Below, piece after piece: positions 20,594 through 30,011 of a DNA stretch of 61,255 nt (positions within the stretch are counted from its first letter, which is position 1; each line of letters begins with the position of its first letter). The position numbers and the translations under genes were made by a program. This DNA comes from Gammaproteobacteria bacterium. Lineage in GTDB: Bacteria; Pseudomonadota; Gammaproteobacteria; UBA9214. The stretch lies in assembly GCA_022340485.1 (NCBI GenBank), contig JAJDNX010000129.1, positions 1 to 61,255 on the forward strand, given 5' to 3'. The notes beneath the pieces were generated by a model. It saw only the letters and a program-made list of their open reading frames with translations. It made no database searches and had not been told where the DNA came from.

Positions 20594-20920
20594 ATGAATT
20601 TCTTTATCTCAGATGCACTCGCAGCAGCACCGGAAGCACAGGCCGACCCACTGACAAGCCTGTTGCCACTGGTTTTTATTTTCGTGGTTTTTTACTTTCT
20701 GCTGATACGGCCACAAAGCAAGAGAGCAAAAGAGCATAAACAAATGGTCGAGGCCCTGGCCAAGGGTGATGAAGTCGTTACCAATGGTGGCCTGCTGGGA
20801 AAGCTTACGAAAATCGGCGATAACTTTGTCGAACTGGAACTGGCCGAGGGGATCACGGTGAAACTGCAGCGTAATGCGATTGCCAATGTGATGCCCAAGG
20901 GAACCATTAAAGGACTGTAG
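20594..20920 (+). CDS. yajC: Preprotein translocase subunit YajC
   Basis: 108 aa with one TM helix. FYFLLIRPQSKRAKEHKQMVEALAKGDEVVTNGGLLGK is the YajC signature. It sits upstream of secDF. Confidence 0.9.
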   Translation: MNFFISDALAAAPEAQADPLTSLLPLVFIFVVFYFLLIRPQSKRAKEHKQMVEALAKGDEVVTNGGLLGKLTKIGDNFVELELAEGITVKLQRNAIANVMPKGTIKGL

Positions 20921-20944
20921 GGCTCTGTAAGGACTTTTCTAATT

Positions 20945-22795
20945 ATGAATCAGTACCCCCTGTGGAAATACCTGCTGCTCGCCTGCGTGCTGGTGATCGG
21001 CGTGATCTACGCACTACCCAACCTCTACGGAGAAGACCCGGCGCTGCAGATCTCTGGCAGCCGTAATGCAACCATGGACTCGGCGGCAATGAACACGGCA
21101 GTCAGTGCACTGAAAACGGCAGACATCCCGATCAAGTCCACCGAGTTGAAACCGGGGCAGTTGCTGATTCGCTTCAACGATACCGAAGCACAGATCAAGG
21201 CGGTTGATTTCGTAAAATCCGCTCTGGGTACAGACTATACGGTGGCGTTGAATCTTGCCCCGGCCACCCCTGCCTGGCTCAGCAAGCTGAATGCTTTACC
21301 GATGTATCTTGGCCTCGATTTGCGCGGTGGTGTTCACTTCCTGATGGAAGTGGACATGAAAGCCGCCATTGAGCAGGCCATTGAACGCTACAGCAATGAC
21401 ATCCGGACACTGTTACGTGACGCCCGGATTCGCTACGCCATGATCCGGGCAGAAGAGCAGGGCGTGCGCATCATGTTTCGCAGTGAGTCGGACAGGGAAC
21501 AGTCCCGCAAGCTGCTGGAAAGTGAATTGCCATCACTGGAAATCGATGATATAGAGAGCGAAAATCCAGGCCTGCTGGCAAAACTAAGTGAACAGGAAAT
21601 TCGTGATCTTGAAAAAAATGCCCTGCAGCAGAATATTCTGACGCTGCGGAATCGTGTTAACGAACTGGGCGTTGCCGAGCCGGTGATTGTTCAGCAGGGC
21701 TCACAGCGTATTGTTGTGCAACTGCCCGGCGTACAGGACACGGTTGAGGCAAAGCGTATTCTGGGCGCAACCGCGACACTTGAATATCGCGCGGTTGATT
21801 ATGAGCATGATGTGCAGAAGGCGGTCGCGGGTACTGTCCCTGCAGGCTCACGCCTCTATAAAGACCGTGACGGTAACCCGGTACTGTTAAAACAGGCGGT
21901 AATCGTTACCGGTGACCAGATTGTCAATGCCAGTTCCGGGATTGACCAGCAGTCCGGTGGCCCCCAGGTATCCGTCATGCTGGATGCCAAGGGCGCTCGC
22001 AGCATGCTGAATTTCACCAAGAAGAATGTCGGTAAACCGATGGCCGTGGTGTTCATAGAAAACAGGACCGAAACCAAACTGGTCGATGGCATACCCGTCA
22101 AAAGTAACAAGAAGGTTGAAGAAGTCATCAGTGTTGCAACCATTCGTGATGTTTTCAGCAAGCGCTTCCAGACCACCGGTCTGGATAGTCCGCAAGAAGC
22201 ACATGAACTTGCCTTGCTGCTGAGATCTGGCGCCCTCGCGGCTCCGATCAACATCGTAGAAGAACGTACCATCGGCCCGAGTCTGGGCAAGGACAACATC
22301 GCACAGGGATTTAAATCCGTGGTCATCGGCTTTCTGGGGGTACTGGTCTTTATGGCCCTTTACTACAGGGTATTCGGACTCGTCGCAGACATGGCGCTGG
22401 CACTAAACCTGGTGCTGATCGTCGCCATACTCTCACTGTTGCAGGCCACCCTGACGATGCCGGGTATCGCCGGGATCGTGCTCACCGTGGGTATGGCGGT
22501 TGACGCTAATGTGCTCATCTTCGAACGCATTCGTGAAGAACTGCGTAACGGTAACAGCCCGCAGGCCAGTATTCATGCTGGTTACGAAAAGGCGTTATCG
22601 ACCATTGCGGATGCCAATATCACGACCCTGATCGCGGCCGTTGTTCTCCTGAGTTACGGTACGGGTGCAGTGAAAGGTTTTGCCGTGACCCTTGCGATTG
22701 GTATTGTCACTTCGATGTTTACCGCCATCATGGGTACACGAGCAGTGATCAACCTGATATATGGCGGGCGTCGACTGGCCCGCCTCTCGATCTAG
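20945..22795 (+). CDS. secD: Protein translocase subunit SecD
   Basis: 616 aa. LGLDLRGGVHFLMEVD, the periplasmic domain, and the C-terminal 6-TM region with GIAGIVLTVGMAVDANVLIFERIREE. Confidence 0.95.
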   Translation: MNQYPLWKYLLLACVLVIGVIYALPNLYGEDPALQISGSRNATMDSAAMNTAVSALKTADIPIKSTELKPGQLLIRFNDTEAQIKAVDFVKSALGTDYTVALNLAPATPAWLSKLNALPMYLGLDLRGGVHFLMEVDMKAAIEQAIERYSNDIRTLLRDARIRYAMIRAEEQGVRIMFRSESDREQSRKLLESELPSLEIDDIESENPGLLAKLSEQEIRDLEKNALQQNILTLRNRVNELGVAEPVIVQQGSQRIVVQLPGVQDTVEAKRILGATATLEYRAVDYEHDVQKAVAGTVPAGSRLYKDRDGNPVLLKQAVIVTGDQIVNASSGIDQQSGGPQVSVMLDAKGARSMLNFTKKNVGKPMAVVFIENRTETKLVDGIPVKSNKKVEEVISVATIRDVFSKRFQTTGLDSPQEAHELALLLRSGALAAPINIVEERTIGPSLGKDNIAQGFKSVVIGFLGVLVFMALYYRVFGLVADMALALNLVLIVAILSLLQATLTMPGIAGIVLTVGMAVDANVLIFERIREELRNGNSPQASIHAGYEKALSTIADANITTLIAAVVLLSYGTGAVKGFAVTLAIGIVTSMFTAIMGTRAVINLIYGGRRLARLSI

Positions 22796-22812
22796 GACTG
22801 AAGGTACAGACG

Positions 22813-23751
22813 ATGCAACTGTTAAAAAGCAAAAAGACGATCGACTTTATGGGCAAGAGGCGGCTGGCTATCCTGCTCTCGACGGTGCTGCTGGTGATTT
22901 CCCTGGCTGCATTGATTACCAGGGGACTGAACTTCGGCATTGACTTTACCGGCGGCACGCTGATTGAGGTTGGCTACCCGCAGGCAGTCGAGCTTGAACC
23001 GATAAGGGCTGCTCTGGCCGACTCGGATTTCTACGGTGCGCAGGTTCAGCATTTCGGTTCTTCACGTGACGTGCTTGTACGTATCGCCCCCCAGACTGAC
23101 AAGGAAAGTGCACAGCTCAGTGATGAAGTAATGGCCGCCCTGCAAAAGCAGAATGCCGATGTTGAAAAACGACGCGTTGAATTTGTTGGCCCCCAGGTGG
23201 GTGAAGACCTCACGGAACAGGGCGCACTGGCAATGATCTATGCGCTGCTTGGAATATTGATCTATATCATGGTCCGCTTTCAGTGGCGTTTTGCGCCGGG
23301 TGCGGTGATCGCCCTGATCCACGATGTCACCATCATTATCGGCTTCTTTGCCGTATTCCAGTATGACTTTGACCTGACGGTGCTGGCAGCAATCCTGGCC
23401 GTCATCGGTTATTCACTGAACGATACCATTGTGGTGTTTGACCGCATCCGGGAGAACTTCAGAAAAATGCGCAAGGGAACAGCACTGGAAATCATCAATT
23501 CCTCACTTAATCAGACAATCTCTCGCACCTTGATGACATCGATCACCACCTTGCTGGTCTTGGTTGCACTCTTTGTTTTCGGTGGTGAAGTGATTCACGA
23601 CTTTTCACTGGCATTAATACTGGGTGTGGTGGTGGGTACCTATTCGTCAATCTATGTGGCCAGCACTGTGACACTGGCACTGGGTGTAACGAAGGCAGAC
23701 TTGATGCCAGCGAAGGTGCAACGCAAGGAAGGCGACGGCAGTATGGTCTAG
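22813..23751 (+). CDS. secF: Protein translocase subunit SecF
   Basis: GIDFTGGTLIEV, IGYSLNDTIVVFDRIREN. Confidence 0.95.
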   Translation: MQLLKSKKTIDFMGKRRLAILLSTVLLVISLAALITRGLNFGIDFTGGTLIEVGYPQAVELEPIRAALADSDFYGAQVQHFGSSRDVLVRIAPQTDKESAQLSDEVMAALQKQNADVEKRRVEFVGPQVGEDLTEQGALAMIYALLGILIYIMVRFQWRFAPGAVIALIHDVTIIIGFFAVFQYDFDLTVLAAILAVIGYSLNDTIVVFDRIRENFRKMRKGTALEIINSSLNQTISRTLMTSITTLLVLVALFVFGGEVIHDFSLALILGVVVGTYSSIYVASTVTLALGVTKADLMPAKVQRKEGDGSMV

Positions 23752-23752
23752 C

Positions 23753-23956
23753 TCAGCGCTTGCTTTTGTTTTCCCGCGGGAACGGGATGATAGCGGCCGA
23801 TTGTTGCGTGTAATTTTCAGCTTCTTCAACGGCAAGGATTTCCATTTTGGCCATCTCACTGCCGCAACAGGCCTCCTGGGTGAACCCGATCATTCCCTGC
23901 ATGACGTCGCGCATGATCATTTCCAGTGCATCCTCGTTAATTCTTTTATTTTTCAA
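23753..23956 (-). CDS. Small hypothetical protein (67 aa)
   Basis: ORF with a TTG start and AGGGTGA about 6 nt upstream. Amino-acid composition is balanced and there is a CC pair. I recognise no family. It is convergent on secF, abutting its stop. Confidence 0.35.
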   Translation of the reverse strand: MKNKRINEDALEMIMRDVMQGMIGFTQEACCGSEMAKMEILAVEEAENYTQQSAAIIPFPRENKSKR

Positions 23957-24120
23957 TTGATATCACCCTGCTTGATTGATCACAATTAGTGATTTATGCA
24001 TCGGCGCAGGGTAATCAAACTTGAACCATTGAAGCACGGAATGTCCCCTCAGACATCCGCTTTGTAGGTAACCGTTGATTCAATCTGTTGAGCGATTGTT
24101 TCGCAACTGCCTCGACAAAC

Positions 24121-24918
24121 CTAGCGGGCAAGATCCTCACTGACAAACGGGCGGATGGTTTTCAGAATTTCTGCAAAGACCTTCGGGCTGCCGGCAACCA
24201 GATTGCCACTTTCCAGATAATTGTGGCCGCCCAAAAAATCACTTGAAAGGCCACCGGCTTCCTGGATCAACAAGACACCAGCTGCCATGTCCCAGATATT
24301 CAGGCCGATCTCCCAGAATCCATCGAGACGTCCGGCAGCGACATAGGCTAGGTCGAGTGCCGCTGAGCCGGGACGTCGGATACCGGCGGTGCGCGGAAAC
24401 AGCGCGCGAAACATGTCGAGGTAGGCATCAAGATGCTGCTGCGCCTTGAATGGAAATCCGGTACCCAGCAATGCTCCATCAAGAGAGTTTCGCTTTGCGA
24501 CCCGAATTCGCCGGTCATTCAGTGTCGCACCGGCTCCTCGTGTTGCGGTAAAAAGTTCCTGCCGCAGCGGGTCATATACCACAGCCTGTTCCATGCGACC
24601 CTTATGGCTGAGGGCAATTGATACGGCAAACTGCGGGAATCCGTGTAAAAAGTTTGTCGTGCCATCCAGCGGGTCAATGATCCACTGGTACTCGTTACCG
24701 TCGCTCAGGCCACTTTCTTCGGCAAGGATGCTGTGGTCGGGAAAGGCCCTGCGCAGAATGCTGATAATCTCCTGCTCGGCATTCTGGTCAACCTCGGTAA
24801 CGAAATCATTTCGGTCCTTGGAATGGACGGCGAGGCTGTCCAGTCTTCCAAGGTTCCTGATGATTACGTTACCCGCACTTCTGGCTGCGCGGATCGCGAT
24901 ATTGAGTGTGGGATGCAT
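24121..24918 (-). CDS. suhB: Inositol monophosphatase family protein SuhB
   Basis: MHPTLNIAIRAARSAG..., EESG, WIIDPLDGTTNF, WDMAAG. The start was trimmed to the Met at 24918. Confidence 0.9.
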   Translation of the reverse strand: MHPTLNIAIRAARSAGNVIIRNLGRLDSLAVHSKDRNDFVTEVDQNAEQEIISILRRAFPDHSILAEESGLSDGNEYQWIIDPLDGTTNFLHGFPQFAVSIALSHKGRMEQAVVYDPLRQELFTATRGAGATLNDRRIRVAKRNSLDGALLGTGFPFKAQQHLDAYLDMFRALFPRTAGIRRPGSAALDLAYVAAGRLDGFWEIGLNIWDMAAGVLLIQEAGGLSSDFLGGHNYLESGNLVAGSPKVFAEILKTIRPFVSEDLAR

Positions 24919-25063
24919 AGTGTGTATTCCTGAGGCGGATAGTAGCGACGCAACCGGGAGGCAAAGCATACAGAGGCCCGCAGCGTCGGGTAAAGGGCTA
25001 TTTAGGCAACGACAATGTGCTGGCAGTTATGAATCATGCTAACGTAATCCACGGCCATGAAAT

Positions 25064-25083
25064 GGCAGGGAAGAGGCCCTGCC
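25064..25083 (-). terminator. Possible terminator hairpin downstream of psd
   Basis: GGCAGGG-AAGAGG-CCCTGCC (7-bp GC-rich stem). On the minus strand it is followed only by ATTTCAT, so the U-tract is weak. Confidence 0.3.
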
Positions 25084-25165
25084 TGGAGAGTTATTCTTCG
25101 CTGTATTTTTCTGGCCACTGGAATCAGGTTTATCGAGAACAACTCTTGGGCAGGTGGCGATCCCG

Positions 25166-26056
25166 TCAGCCATCATTCACAGGATGGCCGATCATCTGCC
25201 CCATCTGCAGTGACTGCCCGGCTTGCAGGCTGTCAGCCCACCGTATCATGCCGGGTCTGAACAGGAGAATAACCGTTGAACCCATATTGAAACGCCCCAT
25301 CTCATCCCCGCGCCGGAGTTCAATCGCCTTTTTACCAGATGGTTCGCACGCGCTGTGCAGCAGTGACATCCCCATCTGCGGATTGACGGTACCCGACCAG
25401 ACTGTTTCCATACAGGAAACGAAGATGGCACCGACCATGATCAGCGCCATTAGTCCCACTGGTGTTTCAAACAGGCAAACCAGGCGTTCATTGCGAGTAA
25501 ACAGTCCCGGTATTGCGCGTGTTGTGTGGGGAGCTACACTGAATAGACGTCCGGGAATGTAGGTCGTTTCAAGCAACTTTCCGTCACAAGGCATGTGGAT
25601 GCGGTGGTAGTCGCGCGGTGACAGGTAGAGTGTCGCAAACTTACCATGTTTGAACAGTGCAAGCTGTTTGTCGTCACCCCCCAAGAGAGCCGCAAGTGAG
25701 TAATCGCGGCCCTTGGCCTGCATCAGTCGCTCCTCAGTAATATCACCGGCCTGACTGACAAATCCGTCAACCGGACTGGTGATTGCAAGAGGATCCTGTG
25801 GCAGCGGACGGGTAAACGGTTTCAGTGCACGCGTGAAGAAGTGATTGAAATCATTATAGTCTTCAGCCGACGGGGCTTCGGCATCCTCCATATTGACCCT
25901 GAAATGCCTGATAAACAGCCTGATCAAGGCTGTTTTCAACCAGACGGTTTGCCAGCGGGTTACTGTTCGCACCAGTCTGGATAACAGCTGGTGAGGTAAC
26001 AAGGCCAGTGGCCAGGACTTCAAATTATCCAGCAGGCTGGCAGGACGACTAGGCAT
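25166..26056 (-). CDS. psd: Phosphatidylserine decarboxylase proenzyme
   Basis: FFTRALKP, YLSPRDYHRIHMP, and the self-cleavage motif FNMGSTVILLF (G-ST). Confidence 0.95.
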   Translation of the reverse strand: MPSRPASLLDNLKSWPLALLPHQLLSRLVRTVTRWQTVWLKTALIRLFIRHFRVNMEDAEAPSAEDYNDFNHFFTRALKPFTRPLPQDPLAITSPVDGFVSQAGDITEERLMQAKGRDYSLAALLGGDDKQLALFKHGKFATLYLSPRDYHRIHMPCDGKLLETTYIPGRLFSVAPHTTRAIPGLFTRNERLVCLFETPVGLMALIMVGAIFVSCMETVWSGTVNPQMGMSLLHSACEPSGKKAIELRRGDEMGRFNMGSTVILLFRPGMIRWADSLQAGQSLQMGQMIGHPVNDG

Positions 26057-26078
26057 ATTGCAGACAGACTACTGCTGA

Positions 26079-26552
26079 TTAATGGTGATGGTGGGCGTGA
26101 TCGTCTTCACCGCGCTTGCGAACCACCGGAGCCTGTACGGTGATGCTATCCCCGTTACTCACATGGATCACCAGTTTGACTTCATCACCCTCACGCAGGG
26201 ACCGCAGTGGGTCAAACAGCATCAGGTGCAACCCACCCGGTTCGAAGCTGATGCTGCCGTGAACCGGCAGTGGCAACTGCTCGACAGGCATCATTTTCGC
26301 TACACCATCTTCAACAACCGTCCGGTGGATCTGGGCATCCCGGAAATCCGGGCTCTCGATACGGGTAATCGTATACTGCGTGTCACCGTTGTTCTTTATT
26401 ACCATATACGCGGCAAGCACCGTGGATGCTGGCGGTGCTTCACGGATCCAGGGGTCTTCAACATCCACTGCAGGGGCAGCCATGACAGGGGACAGGAGAC
26501 ACAGCATAACAAAAAAGATTGCGGCGGGAAGTTGCTTATGAATTCGTATCAT
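26079..26552 (-). CDS. Periplasmic copper chaperone PCu(A)C (DUF461) with a His-rich C-terminal tail
   Basis: Signal peptide. AAYMVIKNNG..., H-x-M-type copper motifs (MMPVEQLPLPVHG...GGLHLML). The C-terminus is GEDDHAHHHH. There is a 4-nt overlap with the SCO1 gene. Confidence 0.85.
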   Translation of the reverse strand: MIRIHKQLPAAIFFVMLCLLSPVMAAPAVDVEDPWIREAPPASTVLAAYMVIKNNGDTQYTITRIESPDFRDAQIHRTVVEDGVAKMMPVEQLPLPVHGSISFEPGGLHLMLFDPLRSLREGDEVKLVIHVSNGDSITVQAPVVRKRGEDDHAHHHH

Positions 26553-27196
26553 TGATAGGCCTGTAAGATCTTTCTGAAATCACCTGCGATTTTCTCGGCC
26601 GATAGCGGTGGTGAAAATACTGCATGATAGCGACCATCCGGATCAAACAGGAACACAGCGGCGGTATGATCCATCAGGTAGCTGTCGCTGCCGGGTTCCG
26701 GTTGTACCCGGACATGGAGTATCCCCAGCTGCTTGGTGAGTTGTTCCAGCCCTTCATCCGTTCCGGTTACACCGATAAAATCACCATTGAAGTAGGTAAC
26801 AAACTGGGCCAGACGCTCGGGGGTATCGCGTTCCGGATCCACGGTTACCATAATGAAGCGAACGTCAACATCCAGATCCTGCAGCCGTTGTGCGACGCTG
26901 TTGAGAACAGAAAGCGTCGTGGGGCAGACATCCGGGCAGTAGGTGTAGCCAAAGAACATGAATGACCAGCGATGTTGTAGGGAAGCATTGTTAAAAGCCA
27001 CATTATTGTGATCGACCAGCTCGAATGGCTGGACCGCTCTCGCCACCGGAAAGCGCGTGGCCGAAAGTTCATCCTGAGGCCCGGACCTCTGCAGCACCAG
27101 TCGCGCAGACCATATACCGGCTGCCGTGGCAAGCAGGACTATAATCACACCTATTAGAATGTGACGGGAGATCGGGGTTGGCCGCTGTGTTGTCAT
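26549..27196 (-). CDS. SCO1/SenC copper-binding thioredoxin-like protein
   Basis: N-terminal TM helix, FFGYTYCPDVCPTTL (CxxxC), and the conserved DHTAAVFL His. Confidence 0.9.
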   Translation of the reverse strand: MTTQRPTPISRHILIGVIIVLLATAAGIWSARLVLQRSGPQDELSATRFPVARAVQPFELVDHNNVAFNNASLQHRWSFMFFGYTYCPDVCPTTLSVLNSVAQRLQDLDVDVRFIMVTVDPERDTPERLAQFVTYFNGDFIGVTGTDEGLEQLTKQLGILHVRVQPEPGSDSYLMDHTAAVFLFDPDGRYHAVFSPPLSAEKIAGDFRKILQAYQ

Positions 27197-27263
27197 GGGG
27201 CAGGATTATTCCACAAGAGCCTGCTGCGATACACTACTCCTTGTTGATAGTCAAAATATCCCG

Positions 27264-28214
27264 ATGAAGACAACTATGAACACGCCTCGCGCGTTAATCC
27301 AGTGGGGTGCTGGCCAGTTTGAAAGGGCAGGGCTTGTTTTTGCACATGGTACCGATAATGCAATTGACGAAGCAGCCAGCCTGGTCATGCACGCATTGCA
27401 GATCGGCTATGATCAACCGGATGAGGTGCTCGATACAGAAGTCACCCTGGCAGAGCGACGACAAGTCGAGCAGTTGCTGCAACTGCGCATAACCAGTCGC
27501 AAGCCTGTTGCCTACCTGTTACACGAAGCCTGGTTTGCCAACCTGCCATTTTATGTGGATGAACGTGTGTTGGTGCCACGCTCACCGATCGCCGAGCTTG
27601 TCGAGGCGCAGTTTGCACCCTGGATAAAGCCGGATCAGGTCAACAGGATTCTTGACATGTGTACCGGTAGCGGTTGTATCGGCATTGCCTGTGCGCATGC
27701 CTTTCCAGGCGCGGAAGTTGACCTGAGCGATCTGTCCTGCGAGGCGCTGGATGTCGCGCGGGAAAATATCAGTCGCCACCACCTGGAGTCACGCGTAAAT
27801 GCCATAGAGTCGGACATTTTTGCCGCGTTACATGGGCGTGTGTATGACATTATTGTTACGAATCCACCCTATGTGCCGCTGGAGGAAATGCAGCAACTGG
27901 CACCGGAGTTTGCATATGAACCCTCAATGGGCTTGCTTGCCGGATCCGATGGACTGGATATCGTCGTACACATATTGAAGCAGGCTGCCAGTCATCTTAG
28001 TGATCACGGCATCCTTGTGGTCGAGGTCGGACATACACAGGAACTCCTGCTTGCCTGCTATCCGCAGGTACCCTTCATGTGGTTTGATTTCGAATACGGT
28101 GGCAGCGGCGTTTTTATGCTGGATTCAGAACAACTGAGACTTTACCAGCCAGTATTCGACCAGGTAGTTTCACAACGTACGGCTCATCAGGGCTGCCGAG
28201 GAGACAAGGAATGA
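27264..28214 (+). CDS. prmB: Ribosomal protein L3 glutamine N5-methyltransferase
   Basis: FAHGTDNAIDEA, VLVPRSP, ILDMCTGSGCIGIA, and the catalytic TNPPYV. The start was trimmed to the ATG at 27264, leaving a 67-nt divergent promoter region shared with the SCO1 gene. Confidence 0.9.
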   Translation: MKTTMNTPRALIQWGAGQFERAGLVFAHGTDNAIDEAASLVMHALQIGYDQPDEVLDTEVTLAERRQVEQLLQLRITSRKPVAYLLHEAWFANLPFYVDERVLVPRSPIAELVEAQFAPWIKPDQVNRILDMCTGSGCIGIACAHAFPGAEVDLSDLSCEALDVARENISRHHLESRVNAIESDIFAALHGRVYDIIVTNPPYVPLEEMQQLAPEFAYEPSMGLLAGSDGLDIVVHILKQAASHLSDHGILVVEVGHTQELLLACYPQVPFMWFDFEYGGSGVFMLDSEQLRLYQPVFDQVVSQRTAHQGCRGDKE

Positions 28215-28528
28215 GTGGACGAGCCAAGAGCGCCAAGGAATACGCCAGTCTGGTTGACCAGGTTATTGCTGAATTGCAGGATGTCCTGGATGCCGCCCGT
28301 TTTGATTTTGATGAAGTGGAAAGCAATACTGATCATGTGGAGGTATTGCTGAAGGAAATGCGAGATCTGCGTGCATCCATGGCAGACGGCAGTTACCAGT
28401 TTGGTCGCAATGACTTGCCTTTTATGCGCATTGTGAAGGCGCACAATGACAGCGACTTGCCCTTTATCCGCTTATTTTATGATATCAATCAGACCCATCG
28501 GCAGGGCCTGGATATTGGGGAAAGCTGA
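28211..28528 (+). CDS. Hypothetical acidic protein (105 aa), translationally coupled to prmB
   Basis: The ATG overlaps the prmB stop (ATGA). I recognise no family motif. Confidence 0.5.
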   Translation: MSGRAKSAKEYASLVDQVIAELQDVLDAARFDFDEVESNTDHVEVLLKEMRDLRASMADGSYQFGRNDLPFMRIVKAHNDSDLPFIRLFYDINQTHRQGLDIGES

Positions 28529-28555
28529 GTGTCGTCCCGGGCGCGGGCAACTGGC

Positions 28556-28756
28556 TCAGCGCTTCGGTCGATAAATCAAACCCGGACGGATAAGCAGTTC
28601 ATCCTTGCCCAGCTGTTGCAGTGGAAACTCCCCGTCGATACTTTCTGCAATGCGATCGAAGATATAAGTGCCGCTGCCTGATTCGATCGTCTGGTAGATG
28701 GGTTGCCCGAGGTAGCTACCAACCAGTGAGCTCCGTTGCGTTTGCGATTGTGCCAC
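28556..28756 (-). CDS. Small hypothetical protein (66 aa)
   Basis: GTG start preceded by AAGGAG at 6-nt spacing on the minus strand. Convergent with the previous ORF. Family unknown. Confidence 0.45.
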   Translation of the reverse strand: MAQSQTQRSSLVGSYLGQPIYQTIESGSGTYIFDRIAESIDGEFPLQQLGKDELLIRPGLIYRPKR

Positions 28757-28866
28757 GATGTTCTCCTTGAACAGGTTATGAATGGATGCACCGAAACTAT
28801 CGGTTACGGTTATCTGATCTTTAATTAAGGGGCGACGCTTCGCCTGTGAGTGGTTACAATATCCGC

Positions 28867-29970
28867 ATGTCAGGGAACACCATTGGAAAATTATTTACCG
28901 TAACCAGCTTTGGCGAGAGCCATGGCGCGGCGCTGGGTTGCATCGTGGATGGTTGTCCGCCGGGACTGGAGCTGTCAGAGACTGACTTGCAGTTTGAGCT
29001 GGACCGTCGCAAACCCGGCAAATCACGGCACACCACCCAGCGTCGTGAAGCGGACGAGGTACAGATACTTTCCGGTGTGTTTGAAGGAAAGACCACCGGT
29101 TCACCGATTGGACTGATCATACATAATACCGATCAACGCTCCAGGGACTATTCAAAGATCAAGGACCGTTTTCGTCCCGGGCATGCGGATTACACCTACC
29201 AGCAGAAATACGGGTTCAGGGATTACCGTGGCGGCGGACGCTCCTCCGCAAGAGAAACCGCCATGCGGGTAGCCGCAGGAGCAATCGCAAAAAAATACCT
29301 GCAGCTGCGCCATGGCACCCGGATTCGTGGTTACCTGGCACAGCTCGGGCCTATCAAGCTGGAAATGAAAGACTGGACAGCGGTAGAGCAGAACCCGTTT
29401 TTTTCACCAGACCCGTCCCGAGTGGCAGAACTCGAAACGTACATGGATGCCTTGCGCAAGGAGGGCAACTCGGTGGGCGCACGTGTCAATATAGTCGCAA
29501 CAGGTGTACCGCCCGGATTGGGTGAACCGGTATTCGACCGTCTGGACGCTGATATTGCACACGCACTCATGAGCATCAATGCCGTCAAGGGGGTCGAGAT
29601 TGGCGCCGGTTTTGGCTGTGTCATCCAAAAAGGTACCGAGCATCGAGATGAGATCACACCAGCAGGATTTCTCAGCAATCATGCCGGTGGTACTCTCGGT
29701 GGTATTTCCAGCGGCCAGGATCTCCTTGCCAGCATTGCACTGAAACCCACCTCCAGTATCCGCATCCCCGGGCAAACGATCGACATCAATGGGAATCCGG
29801 TTGAAGTGGTCACTACCGGACGGCATGACCCCTGTGTCGGTATCCGTGCCACACCGATCGCGGAAGCCATGCTGGCGATCGTGCTGATGGATCACCTGCT
29901 CAGGCATCGTGCGCAGAACTTGGATGTCACATCCATGACTCCGACGATCCCGGCCGTGCCAGCGGACTAG
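28867..29970 (+). CDS. aroC: Chorismate synthase
   Basis: [36 protein letters not shown]. The start was trimmed to the canonical MSGNT at 28867. Confidence 0.95.
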   Translation: MSGNTIGKLFTVTSFGESHGAALGCIVDGCPPGLELSETDLQFELDRRKPGKSRHTTQRREADEVQILSGVFEGKTTGSPIGLIIHNTDQRSRDYSKIKDRFRPGHADYTYQQKYGFRDYRGGGRSSARETAMRVAAGAIAKKYLQLRHGTRIRGYLAQLGPIKLEMKDWTAVEQNPFFSPDPSRVAELETYMDALRKEGNSVGARVNIVATGVPPGLGEPVFDRLDADIAHALMSINAVKGVEIGAGFGCVIQKGTEHRDEITPAGFLSNHAGGTLGGISSGQDLLASIALKPTSSIRIPGQTIDINGNPVEVVTTGRHDPCVGIRATPIAEAMLAIVLMDHLLRHRAQNLDVTSMTPTIPAVPAD

Positions 29971-30011
29971 CGCCCTCCGACCTAACCCGGTGTCTACGGT
30001 TGTGGCCTGAC

